This document shows positions 12,835 to 24,817 of a DNA stretch of 64,000 nucleotides, piece by piece. The position numbers were made by a program, and so were the translations under genes. The notes beneath the pieces were generated by a model. That model ran no database searches and was not told the DNA's origin. It saw only the letters and a list, made by a program, of their open reading frames with translations. The stretch's first letter is position 1. Each line of letters starts with the position of its first letter. Where the stretch lies: the NCBI GenBank assembly GCA_951406725.2, contig OX597815.1:35526001-35590000 (forward strand), read 5' to 3'. This DNA is from Octopus vulgaris (lineage: Eukaryota).

Positions 12835-13558
12835 AAGCATCAGATGTGGTGTGCAAGAGAGACGACTGCGCTGATATGGTCATGTGTTGCATATGGATGT
12901 GAAAAAGTGTCACACCCTATCAGTAGAGGGAACCTGTGGAAGAGGTAGACCCAGGAAGACTTGGGATGAGGTAGTGAAGCACAACCTTCAAACATTGGGC
13001 TTCACTGAGGCAATGACAAGCAACCAAGACCTTTGGAGATATGGTGTGCTTGAGAAGACCCAGCAAGTCAAGTGAGACCATAATTGGCCTATGCCAGTGT
13101 AGCATAACTGGCCCTTCAATCATTGAGCAATAAACTGTGCTTGAGAAGACCTGTTGAGTCAAGTAAAATCATTATTGTGGCCAGTGGCAATAAACAGCAC
13201 CATTCGAGTGAGGTCATTGCCAATGCCACCTGACCGGCTCCAGTGCTGATGGCACGTAAAAAGCATTCAAGTGTGGTCATTGCCAGTGCCACCTGACTGA
13301 TTCCCATGCTGGTGGTACGCAAAAAGCACCACTCGAGCGTGATTGAAGCCAGTACTACATGACTGGCCCTCATGCTGGTGGCATGTAAAAAGCACCCTCT
13401 ACACTCTGAGTGGTAGGCATTAGGAAGGGCTTCCAGCTGTAAAAACCTTGCCAGATCAGATTGGAGCCTGGTACAACCTTCTAGCTTGCCAGTCCTTAGT
13501 CAAACCGTCCAACTCATGCCAGTATGGAAAGCAGATGTTAAACAATGATGGTGATGAT
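12835..13558 (+). mobile_element. RTE LINE 3' end just downstream of the WARS2 stop
   Basis: ORF 12884-13075 (GRGRPRKTW), array and tail. Confidence 0.82.
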
Positions 13559-14032
13559 TTTCTGAAACTTGTACCTTTAATTATTAATCTAACCACTGGT
13601 AATGATAGTAGCACTAGTATTGCTGATACTATATAAAATGTGTCTACTAACCATAATCTGCATCCCAGAATGGTGTATATGACCTTGGTAATGACACTTA
13701 ACTCTCAATTACCCTGTTCTGAAATAGGTACTCTAGGGAGACAGTTTACAACTGTATGCAGAGTAAGCTACTGTAATTGGTAAGTATTTCATCAACTTGA
13801 AAAGCTAAGTTCAAATACTACCATAAAATGAGAAAAGCATCTGCTGCTTTGGACTGGAATTTCTATCCAAGCAAGGAGATATGTCAACTGCTCAAGCACC
13901 ATTACGCAACATCCATATTGTAAGACACCTTTCAAAGGCAAATGAGCTACAATCTCAAGTAAAAAATAAAAACCTTGAAACAATCAAAAGTACGCTAAAA
14001 CAATGAGATTTTTTTCCCTATAGTTTAAATAT

Positions 14033-14985
14033 CAGGTCATCCCATAAATAATGTCTGAATTTTGGTAAGGAAAAAGTGATTTAATTCCATTGGTGAAAAA
14101 CTTCTTTGGTTTTGATGAGAGAAAAGAAAGAGAGGTCAGTTTTAACCTGTTTGGGGCTTTTGAGAGCTAATCCATCTAAATGATCTTGCTTTATCATAAA
14201 ACATAACTCCCTTATGATTTGCCAAAACCAGCCTTTTTTACTTCAAAGCAACATCCAAACACTCTGTTGGCAAAAGGTGTGAGCAATAATAGTTGCATTA
14301 GCTGGTAGCTGCTCAAAGTGGATGACTCCAATGCAATTCCACCAAATAGAAAGAACCATTTTTGCATGGAGGCCCTTTTGGGATTGTGGTTTAGGTTGTT
14401 CTCCACACCTAAGCTACTGTTTGCATCACTTAACATTTTCATAAAAAATCCATTTTTCATTATCAGTCACTAATTTGTCCAAAAATGGTGAGATACATTC
14501 TTGGTTGGCTTCTGTCAAATAATGAACAACCCATTTTCCAAGCTGTTGAAGATGGCAGTGAACAGTTGAATGGCTTGAATTGAGCTTGCTTGCCAATTCT
14601 TCAACTGATACAGCATTATCCATTTCAAGCTGTGATAAAAGCTCATCATCAAATTCAACTGGGGACCCTATTCATGGCCTCTCTCTTAGGTTGAAATCAC
14701 CATTTTTGAACTTTGGAAATCATTTTCTGCAACTTATTTTGTTCAAGCACTCTTCCTATAAACAGAATGGATATTTCAGGTTGCTTCTGCTGCACAGTTT
14801 CCCTTTTTAAACTCATGAATACTCCTTCAATACATCCATCTTTGAGGGGTTAATATTAGTAATTAATTCAATTTCATTATTCTGTAAAAAGAAATTATAA
14901 TAAGTTTAAGGTTTCCAAATTCACATGAGTATATATCATTTGACATTTTAGAATACTGAAAAATTTGATAGAAAGTACATATATT
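14033..14985 (-). mobile_element. Degenerate mariner (Tc1/mariner) element
   Basis: ORF 14426-14623: ELASKLNSSHSTVHCHL...KWVVHYLTE (WVPHEL-like) and LVTDNEKWIFYEN (first-D motif); TIR-like CAGGTCATCCCATAAATAATG at 14033. Confidence 0.75.
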
Positions 14986-14989
14986 TCTG

Positions 14990-15750
14990 ATGTGTTGCGA
15001 ATGAATGAGGACAGCTATGTGAAAAAGTGTCACACACTAGCAGTTGAGGGAACCTGTGGAAGAAGTAGACCCAGGAAAACCTGAGATGAGGTGAAGCACA
15101 ACCATCGAAAATTGGGCCTTACCAAAGCAATGACAAGTGACTGAGACCTTTGGAGATATGCTGTGCTTGAGAAGGCCCAACAAGCCAAGTGAGCCCATGG
15201 CCTATACCAGTGGGTGTAACCAGCCCTCTTATGAGTACCCCTCATTTATTGGACAATAAAATTTGCTTGCAAAGACCTACTGAGGCAAGTGAAGTCAAAA
15301 TCGCTGACATGGCCAATAACAGTACCGCCTGATTGGCACTTGTGGCAGTGGAACATTAAAAACATATCTAAGCGAGATTGTTGCCGGTGGCATGTAAAAA
15401 GCACCATTCAAGCATGATCGTTGCCAGCATAGTCTTACTGGCATGTGAAATACAACATTCAAGCGTGGTCATTGCCAGTGCCGCCGGACTGGCTCCCATT
15501 CAGGTAGCACATAAAAAACACCTTTTGAACGTGGTCATTGTCAGAACTGCCTGACTGGCCCTCTTGCTGGGGGGCACATAAAAGCACCCACTACACTCTC
15601 GGAGTGGTTGGCATTAGGAAGGGCATCGAGCTGTAGAAACTTTGCCAGATCAGATTGAGCCTGGTGCAGCCTTCTGGCTCACCAGCCCTCAGTCAAACCG
15701 TCCAACCTATGCCAGCATGGAAAGAGGACGTTAAACAACGATGATGATGA
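14990..15750 (+). mobile_element. RTE LINE 3' end with array and tail
   Basis: Homologous to 12835-13558 and 17480-18357. Confidence 0.82.
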
Positions 15751-15823
15751 TTATTTATAGGATGACTTCATAATAACCATGAATATCAATTTGGACAATC
15801 AACTCAATTATCACAAGAATGAT

Positions 15824-16025
15824 AGTTGTTCCTTCTCGAGCCACGCCTGGCTCATAGGGCCAGTTTCCTTGGCGTATAGGTTCCCCATCTGGACGGGACG
15901 CCAGTCCATCGCAGGTGAGCTGCAAGATGCAGGCGGAAAGAGTCAGCAGAAGTTCACCATTACCTTCTGCTGGAGCCACGTGGAGCTTAGGTGTTTCACT
16001 CATAAACATACACATCGCCCAGTCT
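15824..16025 (-). mobile_element. SINE fragment with a V-domain-like core
   Basis: Minus strand reads CCTGCGATGGACTGGCGTCCCGTCCAG (V-SINE-like). It shares the post-head segment with 54201-54587. Confidence 0.6.
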
Positions 16026-17149
16026 GTGTTTCACTAATTAAATTTACAGGGACAATAAACACATCCTGAAAACCATGGTTCAGTCACATCTGAAAATCAC
16101 ACTCAGCCAAAGTGTTTGGTTTTGTGGAATAGCTGGACATGCAGCTATTCATATGGGTTGGAAATAACAGAAATAGGCAATGTGGTATTATAAGATGTAA
16201 GGTAACTTAAGTGTTCTTAGACTTTATCATAAGGAGATGGCATCCCAACACAAAGTGTCACCCAAGAATAAAAATTGATGCTAATCTTTTAATATTTTAC
16301 TGTGAAATGTTTACCTGGATCAGATAGGAAAGATTATATTACTGATGTATTTTGGGAGGATTTATATTATGTGACAAAAAACTAGTTTTCACTTGATGGT
16401 TGAGTGGTCGGTGTTCAGAAACCATTTGTAAAAATTTACTCAACTTTCATTTATTATCAATCTTTGTAATCTTTATTATGTGATAGCCAAGTCATTGAAG
16501 TATTAGACAATTTTTTGTGGTATTTAGTAATAGCCCTTTATATTCTAAGTTCAAATCCTGCCACTTTACCATTCATCCTTTTGGAGTTGATAAAATAAAA
16601 TATCAGTCAAGTGAGTGCAAGAGTCAATTTCATCAACCCCTAATCCACCAAAATGGTGGTCTTCTGCATATCTAAGAAACAGTTGACAGCCTAGTTCCCA
16701 CTGCAGTACCTGTTAAGGAGCTAAAGAAAAAGGTTTATACCTAGTATAGTCAAGAGTTCAATATTGCAAAAACTAAAGTCGTAGTTAGTAACAGAGAGCA
16801 GAAGATGTCATTGTCATCTGGGAAGTGACCTTGCTTAATATGAAGGAAAAGATTTGGTAGAGAGTCAAATCTGTGTACCTACTGCAAATACACATAAAAG
16901 ATGAAATGGGATTTCTTGGTAGTGAGCACACCCATGAAACAAAATATACGAATTACTCAGATGGCTCACTAGATGGAGATGATAGATTTTAATACCTAAT
17001 CAAACTATGAAGCTTACGCAACAAGTGTACTGCTGCTCATAAAACATGGACATTAGATCTGCAAAAACAGGCGTGTATGGTTCAGTGAATAGCACAAATG
17101 AGCTGAGTGAGCAGACTCATATTGAACAGTATTTATTAATATATGCAAG

Positions 17150-18357
17150 ATGATTTTGAACATCTAGAAGTGGTTGATAACTTCCGTTACCTAGGTGACC
17201 AAGTCAGTAGCGGAGGAGGGTGCGCTGAAAGTGTAGCTGCTAGAATAAGAATAGCTTGGGCAAAGTTCAGAGAGCTCTTACCTCTGCTGGTGACAAAGGG
17301 CCTCTTGCTCAGAGTAAAAGGTAGACTGTATGACGCTTGTGTACGAGCAGCCATGCTACACGGCAATGAAACATGGGCTGTGATTGCTGAGGACAAGCGT
17401 AAGCTCGCAAGGAATGAAGCCAGTGGATGTGTAATGTCAGTGTGCATACTTGAGAGAAAAGTTGGACCTAAGAAGCATTAGATGTGGTGTGCAAGAGAAA
17501 CGACTGCGCTGGTATGGTCATGTGGTAAGAATGGATGAGCATAGCTGTGTGAAAAAGTGCCACACCCTAGCGGTTGAGGGAACCTGTGGAAGAGGTAGAC
17601 CCAGGATGAAGTGGTGAAGCATGACCTTCAAACATTAGGCCTCACCAAGGAAATGACTAGCGATTGAGACTTTTGGAAATATGCTGTACTTGAGAAGACC
17701 CGGCAAGCCAAATGAGATCATAACCTGTGGCCTATACCAGGAGTGTAACCAGCCCACTTATGCGTACCTTTTCCTTCTTTGGTCACTAAACTCTGCTTGC
17801 GAAGACCTGTTGAGGCAAGTGAAATCAAAATCAATTCGATGACTGGCATCCGTGCTAGCGGGGTGCAAAGAGCACCATACGAGTGTGATCATTGACAGAG
17901 CGGCTAACCGGCTTCCGTGCCAGTGGCACATAAAAGGGCACCATTCAAGTATGATCGTTACCAGCGTTGCCTTACTGGCACTTGTGCCAGTAGGGTGCCA
18001 AGAGCACCATCTGAGCATGATCATTGCCAGAGCAGCCAACTGGCTTCCATACCCGTGGCACGTAAAAGGGCACCATTCGAGCGTGATCATTACCAACATC
18101 AGTTCACTGGCACGTGTAAAAAGATTCAAGCGAGGTCATTGTTAGTACCGCCTGACTGGCCCCCATGCCGGTAGCACGTAAAAAGCACCCACAACACTCT
18201 CGGAGTGGTTGGTGTTAAGAAGCGCATCCAGGTGTAGAAATTCTGCCAGATCAAGATTGGAGCCTGGTGCAGCCATCTGGTTCGCCAGCCCTCAATCAAA
18301 ATCGTCCAACCCATGCTAGCATGGAAAGCAGACGTTAAACGATGATGATGATGATGA
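17150..18357 (+). mobile_element. RTE LINE 3' half (RT C-terminus, array, tail)
   Basis: ORF 17143-17481 (FRYLGD, RIRIAWAKF, HGNETW), continuous with the array and (GAT)n; an older decayed RTE piece lies at about 16750-17100. Confidence 0.88.
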
Positions 18358-19614
18358 GAAATGTTATGTGAATGGACAATGAGTGTAAAAATTTCTATGT
18401 ACTGTCAATGGTAGTTACTCAGGCAAAAAGTAACCTAGTAAGACAGGATAAATGTGTGAAATTCAGATCTAAGAATAAGGGACGGGGACTAATGATCGTG
18501 ATATGCATCATATATATTGTGTAACAAACTTACCAACCAATGCCAGGATGGAAAAAAAAAAATGAATGAATTACCATCAAAATTACAATAAATTGTTCCT
18601 ATCTTAAGCCTGTACTATGTTGACATCCACTTGGAACAAATTCATTTCACTTCTGTCCCTAATATATATGAGAAAAATGTCACAGTATCAGAACACTATA
18701 TTCTTTCTCTGTAGGTTTAAGCTTTAGTGGTTAACTAAGAAACTAGAGAAGGGATGGCAAATGTCATTGTGTAGACAATTTACATACAATGTGAAGTTAA
18801 TACTCTTAGTTAAGAGAGAAACAGAACACAGAAGTTGTGGATGTTCTAAAGTGGAAGACAGGTATAAAATAATAGAGCAAATAATAAAACAGGTTAAGAA
18901 TACAGAGAAATGGGTATACCGATACAAGTGTACAGCTCTTTGAGTTTGCTTCCTCGTAACTTTAAAAAAAAATGTTTTCTTTGTTTGTTTTTTAAGAATA
19001 GCAAAAGTTATAATCATAATCTGAAACTGTCTTCTTATTTTTTTTATAATCATAATATCCTAGCAATAATATCAAATTAACAATCTGTGAGGGTTAAAAT
19101 TACGAAAATGTATATTGATGACAGGTTGGATACAAATTTTGAATCTATATGAAATTTTAACCTTGGTAAAAAGGGATTTGTTGCGAACTCTTAAAAAATT
19201 TCTAAGCATCCTTTTTATCGTTGGGTAAGATTTTATCGAAAAATCTCAATACTGACTAGTAATAAAAATTTCGGTGTCGAGAGTGTAGATTCTTTGCACC
19301 TGAAAAAGAGTCTTCGAATCAGCATACCGTTTTACTGAAATTGAACGATATCAATTCTACAGGAGAAATAATAACATACACATGATGCATGTAGTTTGAG
19401 TAAAAAAATTTTAATCCAACTACAAGGAATAGTGGAGATGAAATATAAAACTAGATATAATACAGTAATACAATAGTAACTCTGTCAGCATAAGGAATAT
19501 AAGCTCTTATCAACAAAAAGGGCAACAGAATTACTCAGAAACAAACAGTTCACCCGAAGACTAAAATGTCCTTCGATCATTTCTGAAGAACAGCTTATAG
19601 TTAACTTCAGATTT

Positions 19615-20184
19615 TTAGAATCCTTTAGATAAAAGGAACTTACATACGTCATCACAATAATCTCCTCTCACCCTTATAAAACTTGATACTTCATGGACTT
19701 GGGTATATATGTCTTTTGTACTTCTCTCTTGCAAATATGTCCTTAAATCTGACTCGAGTTTCCAGATATTCCCATCGATTTTACAAATTTTGGTGAGGAT
19801 GCGAGACCCGTGGAACTTTACTTCCAGATATAAAGGCAACATATGATTTTTGGTTCGTTTCACGAAATAAGGATGTTTTGAGCCATTCTCATTAGGCGGT
19901 ATCCATCCTGATGGTGTTGGAACCCCTGTTACCGATTCGGCTGGTGGTGGAGGGACAATCTCCTTCGGCAAAAGCCTCTCAACGTATTTAAAATCTTCTT
20001 TACACACTTTATATCCTGGATATTCAGGAGGCGCTTCTGGAAGTTTTTCTGGACACACTAAGTTTAAATTTCCGGCATTGAAAGTTGGTACAGGCGACAA
20101 GAAGGATCTTTGAAAAGATTTAGTCCCATTCGAAAGTAAAAACCTCGGACGAAGACTTGAAAATGTGCGACCTAGAGTCGCCAT
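19615..20184 (-). CDS. MRPL49: Mitochondrial large ribosomal subunit protein mL49 (Img2 family), single-exon CDS, 189 aa
   Basis: Intact ORF. N-terminus is Arg/Ser/Phe-rich and lacks acidic residues. Motifs FKYVERLLP, PTPSGWIPP, PYFVKRTKNHMLPLY, KIDGNIW, QVHEV and terminal KGF are typical of metazoan mL49. Start context CCAACATGG. Confidence 0.93.
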   Translation of the reverse strand: MATLGRTFSSLRPRFLLSNGTKSFQRSFLSPVPTFNAGNLNLVCPEKLPEAPPEYPGYKVCKEDFKYVERLLPKEIVPPPPAESVTGVPTPSGWIPPNENGSKHPYFVKRTKNHMLPLYLEVKFHGSRILTKICKIDGNIWKLESDLRTYLQERSTKDIYTQVHEVSSFIRVRGDYCDDVCKFLLSKGF

Positions 20185-20785
20185 GTTGGTCGATCTAAAA
20201 ATGAGAATTACCTCCCCTTGGTTAAGGGAGATATCATTTTAGCACAGATGCATATGTGGTATTGGATTCATATAAGCTTTAAACCTATATCGTATTAACA
20301 AAACATCTATACACACACAGTGACTCTAAACGACACGGCGGAGGAGTAATGTCAAGAAATCTGGAATAAATGTCTCAAATTATATTGGCCAAAAAATATT
20401 TGTAACTTTTTTATATGTAAGAACTTATGTCAACTGATCAAACCGGCTTGATGAGACTATACTGTATTAATGATGTCTTATAGATTGTATCATGTCTTTA
20501 TGTGACCCTTGCCGACAAAAGAGATTAATTTCTAAAAATTATTTCCCTTCCCTTTGTCATTTGCTAACAAATGATGCCGCATTTTTGTAATATTTCTAGT
20601 ACGAAGAAAGAAAATGCTATTAATTTAGAAATTGTTTTGCAAATAGAATTCAGTACATTTCCCCGTAACCTATCTAAATTCATGCCATTGGTCCATTACA
20701 GTTATTTCTCATATTTGTGCTGTTGTTATTTTCTGTTGGTTTCTTACTATACAAATTGCATTGGTCAAACATAAATACCTGCTTT

Positions 20786-21194
20786 GGATCTTTTCGGTTT
20801 GAACGGCAGTTTTTAACATAATTTCTAGGTAACTAAAAAATTTTAAACTTCGTATACTGGTAGAATGTGTTTATAAAACATCTTTTTCTCTTGGCTTTAT
20901 TGAGAAAATTCTATAGTCTGTAAGATATTTGTTGGTTTTTTTCTTCAATTTCTGCAATTTCAACCAACCAATGACGTCTATTGAGGTGAAAACAGTCTGT
21001 GCCGTATGAATATGTCCCTCGTTTAAGAAACAGATTGGATTTATTTACATTTGTGAAGAAAAAAAGATATCCTTCCCCCACCCCTAACCCTAAAACAGAT
21101 TGAAATGCAATAGATCGATACTAGGGTCATAATTATGGGTGACAATTTCATATGACACCGCTAGAAAAAATGGCTGTTCAAACCGAAAAGATCC
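20786..21194. mobile_element. MITE with ~25-bp TIRs upstream of MRPL49
   Basis: GGATCTTTTCGGTTTGAACGGC ... GCTGTTCAAACCGAAAAGATCC; internal CCCTAACCCTAA. Confidence 0.8.
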
Positions 21195-23631
21195 CGTTTT
21201 TTTCTGTGTCTAACAATTAATGTCAACTGATCGTGCATTCTTGCAGAAACTGTATTATACTAGTGGGGTTTAATAGACTTAAACATATCTACAGTTGCCC
21301 CTTGCCTGCAAACAAAGACTAAATGTTCTCCTAAACATATACATGCTGCGTGTAATTAAAGAATGAGACCGTTACGATAATTAGAGATTTATCTTTTACA
21401 TTTCTTATATAATATGCCTGACCGTGTGGCTAAAGAGTTCCGTTTTGCATTTACGCGACTTTGTGTTCGATCTCACTGCGCGGCTTCAAGTTGACCAAAG
21501 CCTTGTGAGGATAATTGGGTTCAAAGCCTATCCGAAGAACCGTTCTTGTTCTTGATTGGTAGACTTAATCCAGCATCTCTTATAAAACCACTACCTTTAG
21601 CAAAGTGTCTCTACTTTGTTGTAGGCATTCCATTTATCTTCTCCCACTAATAACAAATGCTCTTAAAAGAGACCTAAGTGTTTCTATTCCGCCTCAAGAA
21701 AAGGTAACAGTCTGTCCTAATCGAAACTCAGCAGGACTACAAACAAGACCTATCAAAAGAACGGATGAACCTAGTGTAAGTTCAACGACTATATAGTAAT
21801 AACACGGGTCTTCAGGAATTCCGGGTAGGCGCCCGGAGTACTGGAAGCCCACTGGGTGTGAAGCACATCTCAGTTTTTGTTAAAGCATGTCTCAAGGAGA
21901 AGGTCAATCTGATAAAAGAAAAAACAGATATATGGAGAATGGCATTGAACATTTGGGAATCTTTTACTTGCACTTAAGATCATGGTGATCCAACATTCCT
22001 GAGCCTGTGACCCATATTATAATATCTTGTCCTAGCTTGTCTCTGATGTGACAATTACCGGCAAGGTGACTTTCCGATGCCCGATCGAGTAGGACGGTGC
22101 TGCGGCGAGCATATAACCGAAGGCGCGAACCCGGGTGAATTATTCCCCACAGAAAGATTATGACCATGTAAGAAAATCTTTTTTTAAGAGATGAAAAAGC
22201 TCCAAAAATTCGAGTCACTCGAATAGAGGATAAGCCGAAGGCCCCGGAGCTTTAATTGTAACACCAGTGTGATAACGAATCCATAGTTAAAGGACACGTG
22301 ACATAGCGAGGGTTTCCAGCTCCCAGGTCACGGCAAGTATTGCTGGGGGGTCGCGTAACTATTTTTATCATATTTATTATTATTATTATTATCATTATTA
22401 TTATTATTATTATTATTACTATTATGTTTTATTACGTTTTATTTGGAAATGTTGCGCCTTAGGAAATCGCCCCTGTGACTCCGCCACTGATAAGTAATAT
22501 CCATTTGGAGTAAATATTAATTCCTCTTGTGTGTATAACCAGAAAGTTGTTGAATCACACTGACTCCATGCTGAACTGTGACATGAAGATTAAAGGGAAT
22601 TTGGAATACATTTTTCTCTTGGATGTATTAAGGGAAAAGTTATCCCCTGAGATATTTTAAACCCAATAATTAGCGTATTGTGATGCAGTTTTATTCAGAG
22701 AACTCTCCACCATCATATTTTCCAGAAACTATGCAGTAAATAATAATTTTTATTTCCTTCTATGAATAAAACCCCCTTACAATAGTATATTCTACTGTTT
22801 AAAACGTGGCCTATTTAAAAGATGCCATCAAGATTATACAAGTAGCGTAACTGCAATGTTGGGAAGAAGAGTTATCTCCCTTAAACTATTATTTGTTTTC
22901 TCGTTTTGTCAATTTTATGCTATTTTAAAATAGTTTTTTTTTTAAAATTATTATTATTGCGATGAAGTATTAGTAAAGTGCCGAACTGGTAGAATCGTTA
23001 TTGCGCCGGACAGAATGACTAGAAGCATCTCTTCCGGCTTTTTACATTCTGAGTTTGAATTCCGCCGAGCTCGAGTCGACTTAACTTTTCATCCATTTTT
23101 GTTGAATTTATCGATTTTCTTCGAATTAATCGACTTCCTTCACTTAAAATTCGGCCGTTGTACCAAAATTTGGCCGTATGCCAATATCTGAAACCATTAT
23201 TATAGAATATTTGCTATTTCAAAATTTAAAGCAGTTCGCTTCAACATATATTTTCATCTTTATTCTATTGTTGATAGACAAAATCTCATCAAAGTCAACT
23301 TTGCTTTCTTTTCATCTTCCCACAGATTTAACGAAATAGTACCAATATGTAATAAGATCACACCAGTTAATTATATCACACTTACAAAACATGAACCGCT
23401 GGATTAATGTTTGTAGTGGGTAGTATAGATCATTGAATCTACCTCACTACATTACTTCGAGATTTCATTATTTTGAATAACATTGAACGGTATGAGACTG
23501 CTGTTCGGTTTCAGTCTCCAGTTGTGCCAATTATAATTCATTTGAATCATTAATGCTTTTGAGAAAAGAAGGAATGGATGTATAGAGGTTACAAATTTCC
23601 AAGTTTCCTTCACTAAAAATATTTCTACTTA

Positions 23632-24453
23632 TACGAGGTCTGATCAATAAGTATCCGGACGGTTGCCATAGTAACAAAGCTAAAACATGCAGAGTGAAGC
23701 CGCTTGGCAAAGATTGACCTAGAACTCTGTTGTGCACGCGCTGTAAGTTTTAACGTTCTAGTTCACTTCCGCTCTTACAACAGTGCTTGGAAGGAACGTG
23801 TGTAGAGTGTGATCGTCGCATTGATCGTGACAGAGAAAGTTGTCATGGCGATACCTGCTCAGAGGCCTACTCAAAGTTTCAGAAAGTGTATGGAGAAGAG
23901 TTTGTGAGCCGCTCATATGTGTACAAGATGTTTCCAAGATGGCCGAAAAAATGTCGATATTGACGAACATTCAGTGAGACCCGCAACCAGCAGAACTGAG
24001 AAAAACATCGCAGATGTGCATGCAGCTGTGAGGGGAAATCGTCAAATCAACATAACCTGAGTTATCAGAGGATGTGCAGATTACAGTTCATTTCAGTCCA
24101 TTATCACTGAAGACTTGGGTATGATACGCATATCTGCCAAGTTTGTGCCAAAACTGCTTTCAGCTGACCAAAAGCACACTCGGATATCAGTTGCACATGA
24201 TCTCCTTGATTGTGTCAAGAACGATGAAAACTTTTTAAAAACTTTGCGTAGGCCTCTGAGCAGGTATCACCAAGCTTTTGACAGAATTTGACGCAGATTC
24301 TCTGCTCAACTTTCTCTGTCATGGTCAATGCGGCGATCGAGCAGAGTTCAATCTGCAGAGTTCAAAGTCAATCTGTACCAAGCGGCTTCAACGCGAGTGC
24401 TTTAGCTTCGTTACTATGGCAACAGTCCGGATACTTATTGATCAGACCATGTA
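23632..24453 (+). mobile_element. Non-autonomous mariner derivative with TA target-site duplication and extended inverted arms
   Basis: TA|TACGAGGTCTGATCAATAAGTATCCGGAC ... GTCCGGATACTTATTGATCAGACCATGTA|TA. Internal frameshifted N-terminal transposase (KVYGEE, DGRKNVDID, SAKFVPKLLS). Confidence 0.9.
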
Positions 24454-24773
24454 TACACGAAACAGTGACTTTATAGGGAAGAGGCTCGACTTACCCACTC
24501 TTTGCTTTCGGGTTAGAGTAAGATGCTGAGTGTTGTACGCTACCGCTGAGCGATTCGTTTGTATGTCACGCGTCGTAAATGCTGTAGTAGATATGGGAAG
24601 TGGTGGGGGGTATTATTGTATTTGTGACTGAATGAAATAAAGCACTGAAATATCAGAGTATGTCGGTAACTAACGTTTTCAACCTATGACTTTTGAGACG
24701 TTGGAGGACGGAAGGTACTGGACCGACGGCAAAATTTTGACTTCGCTAGCGTCCAGTCAATCTGAATTATTAG

Positions 24774-24817
24774 ATGATGTTAATGAAGTTAACTGGCTGT
24801 TCCAGTGCAATTTTGCC
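24774..24817 (+). CDS. PYROXD2: Tentative first coding exon of PYROXD2 (MMLMKLTGCSSAILP)
   Basis: ATG in a CpG-rich region. Strong CC/gtgagt donor at 24818. The phase-2 end joins in frame to acceptors at 27953/27954 and 27977/27978. Confidence 0.45.

Noticed and set aside
16105-16160. CCHC zinc knuckle (C-WFCGIAGHAA) of an LTR gag
   Set aside because: Needs a frameshift, lacks the last Cys and has no supporting context.
18183-18245. Twister ribozyme at the RTE tail motif (GTTGGCGTTAGGAAGGGCATCC-like)
   Set aside because: The motif resembles sequence found beside twisters in some RTE elements, but the twister core (e.g. GCCGGTCCCAAGCCC) is absent; there is only a simple hairpin.
21080-21095. 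Telomerase RNA template or interstitial telomere (CCCTAACCCTAA)
   Set aside because: Only two units, inside a TIR-bounded MITE.
22856-22933. ATG ORF as PYROXD2 first exon
   Set aside because: Ends at an in-frame TAG with no good splice donor and no similarity to the protein.
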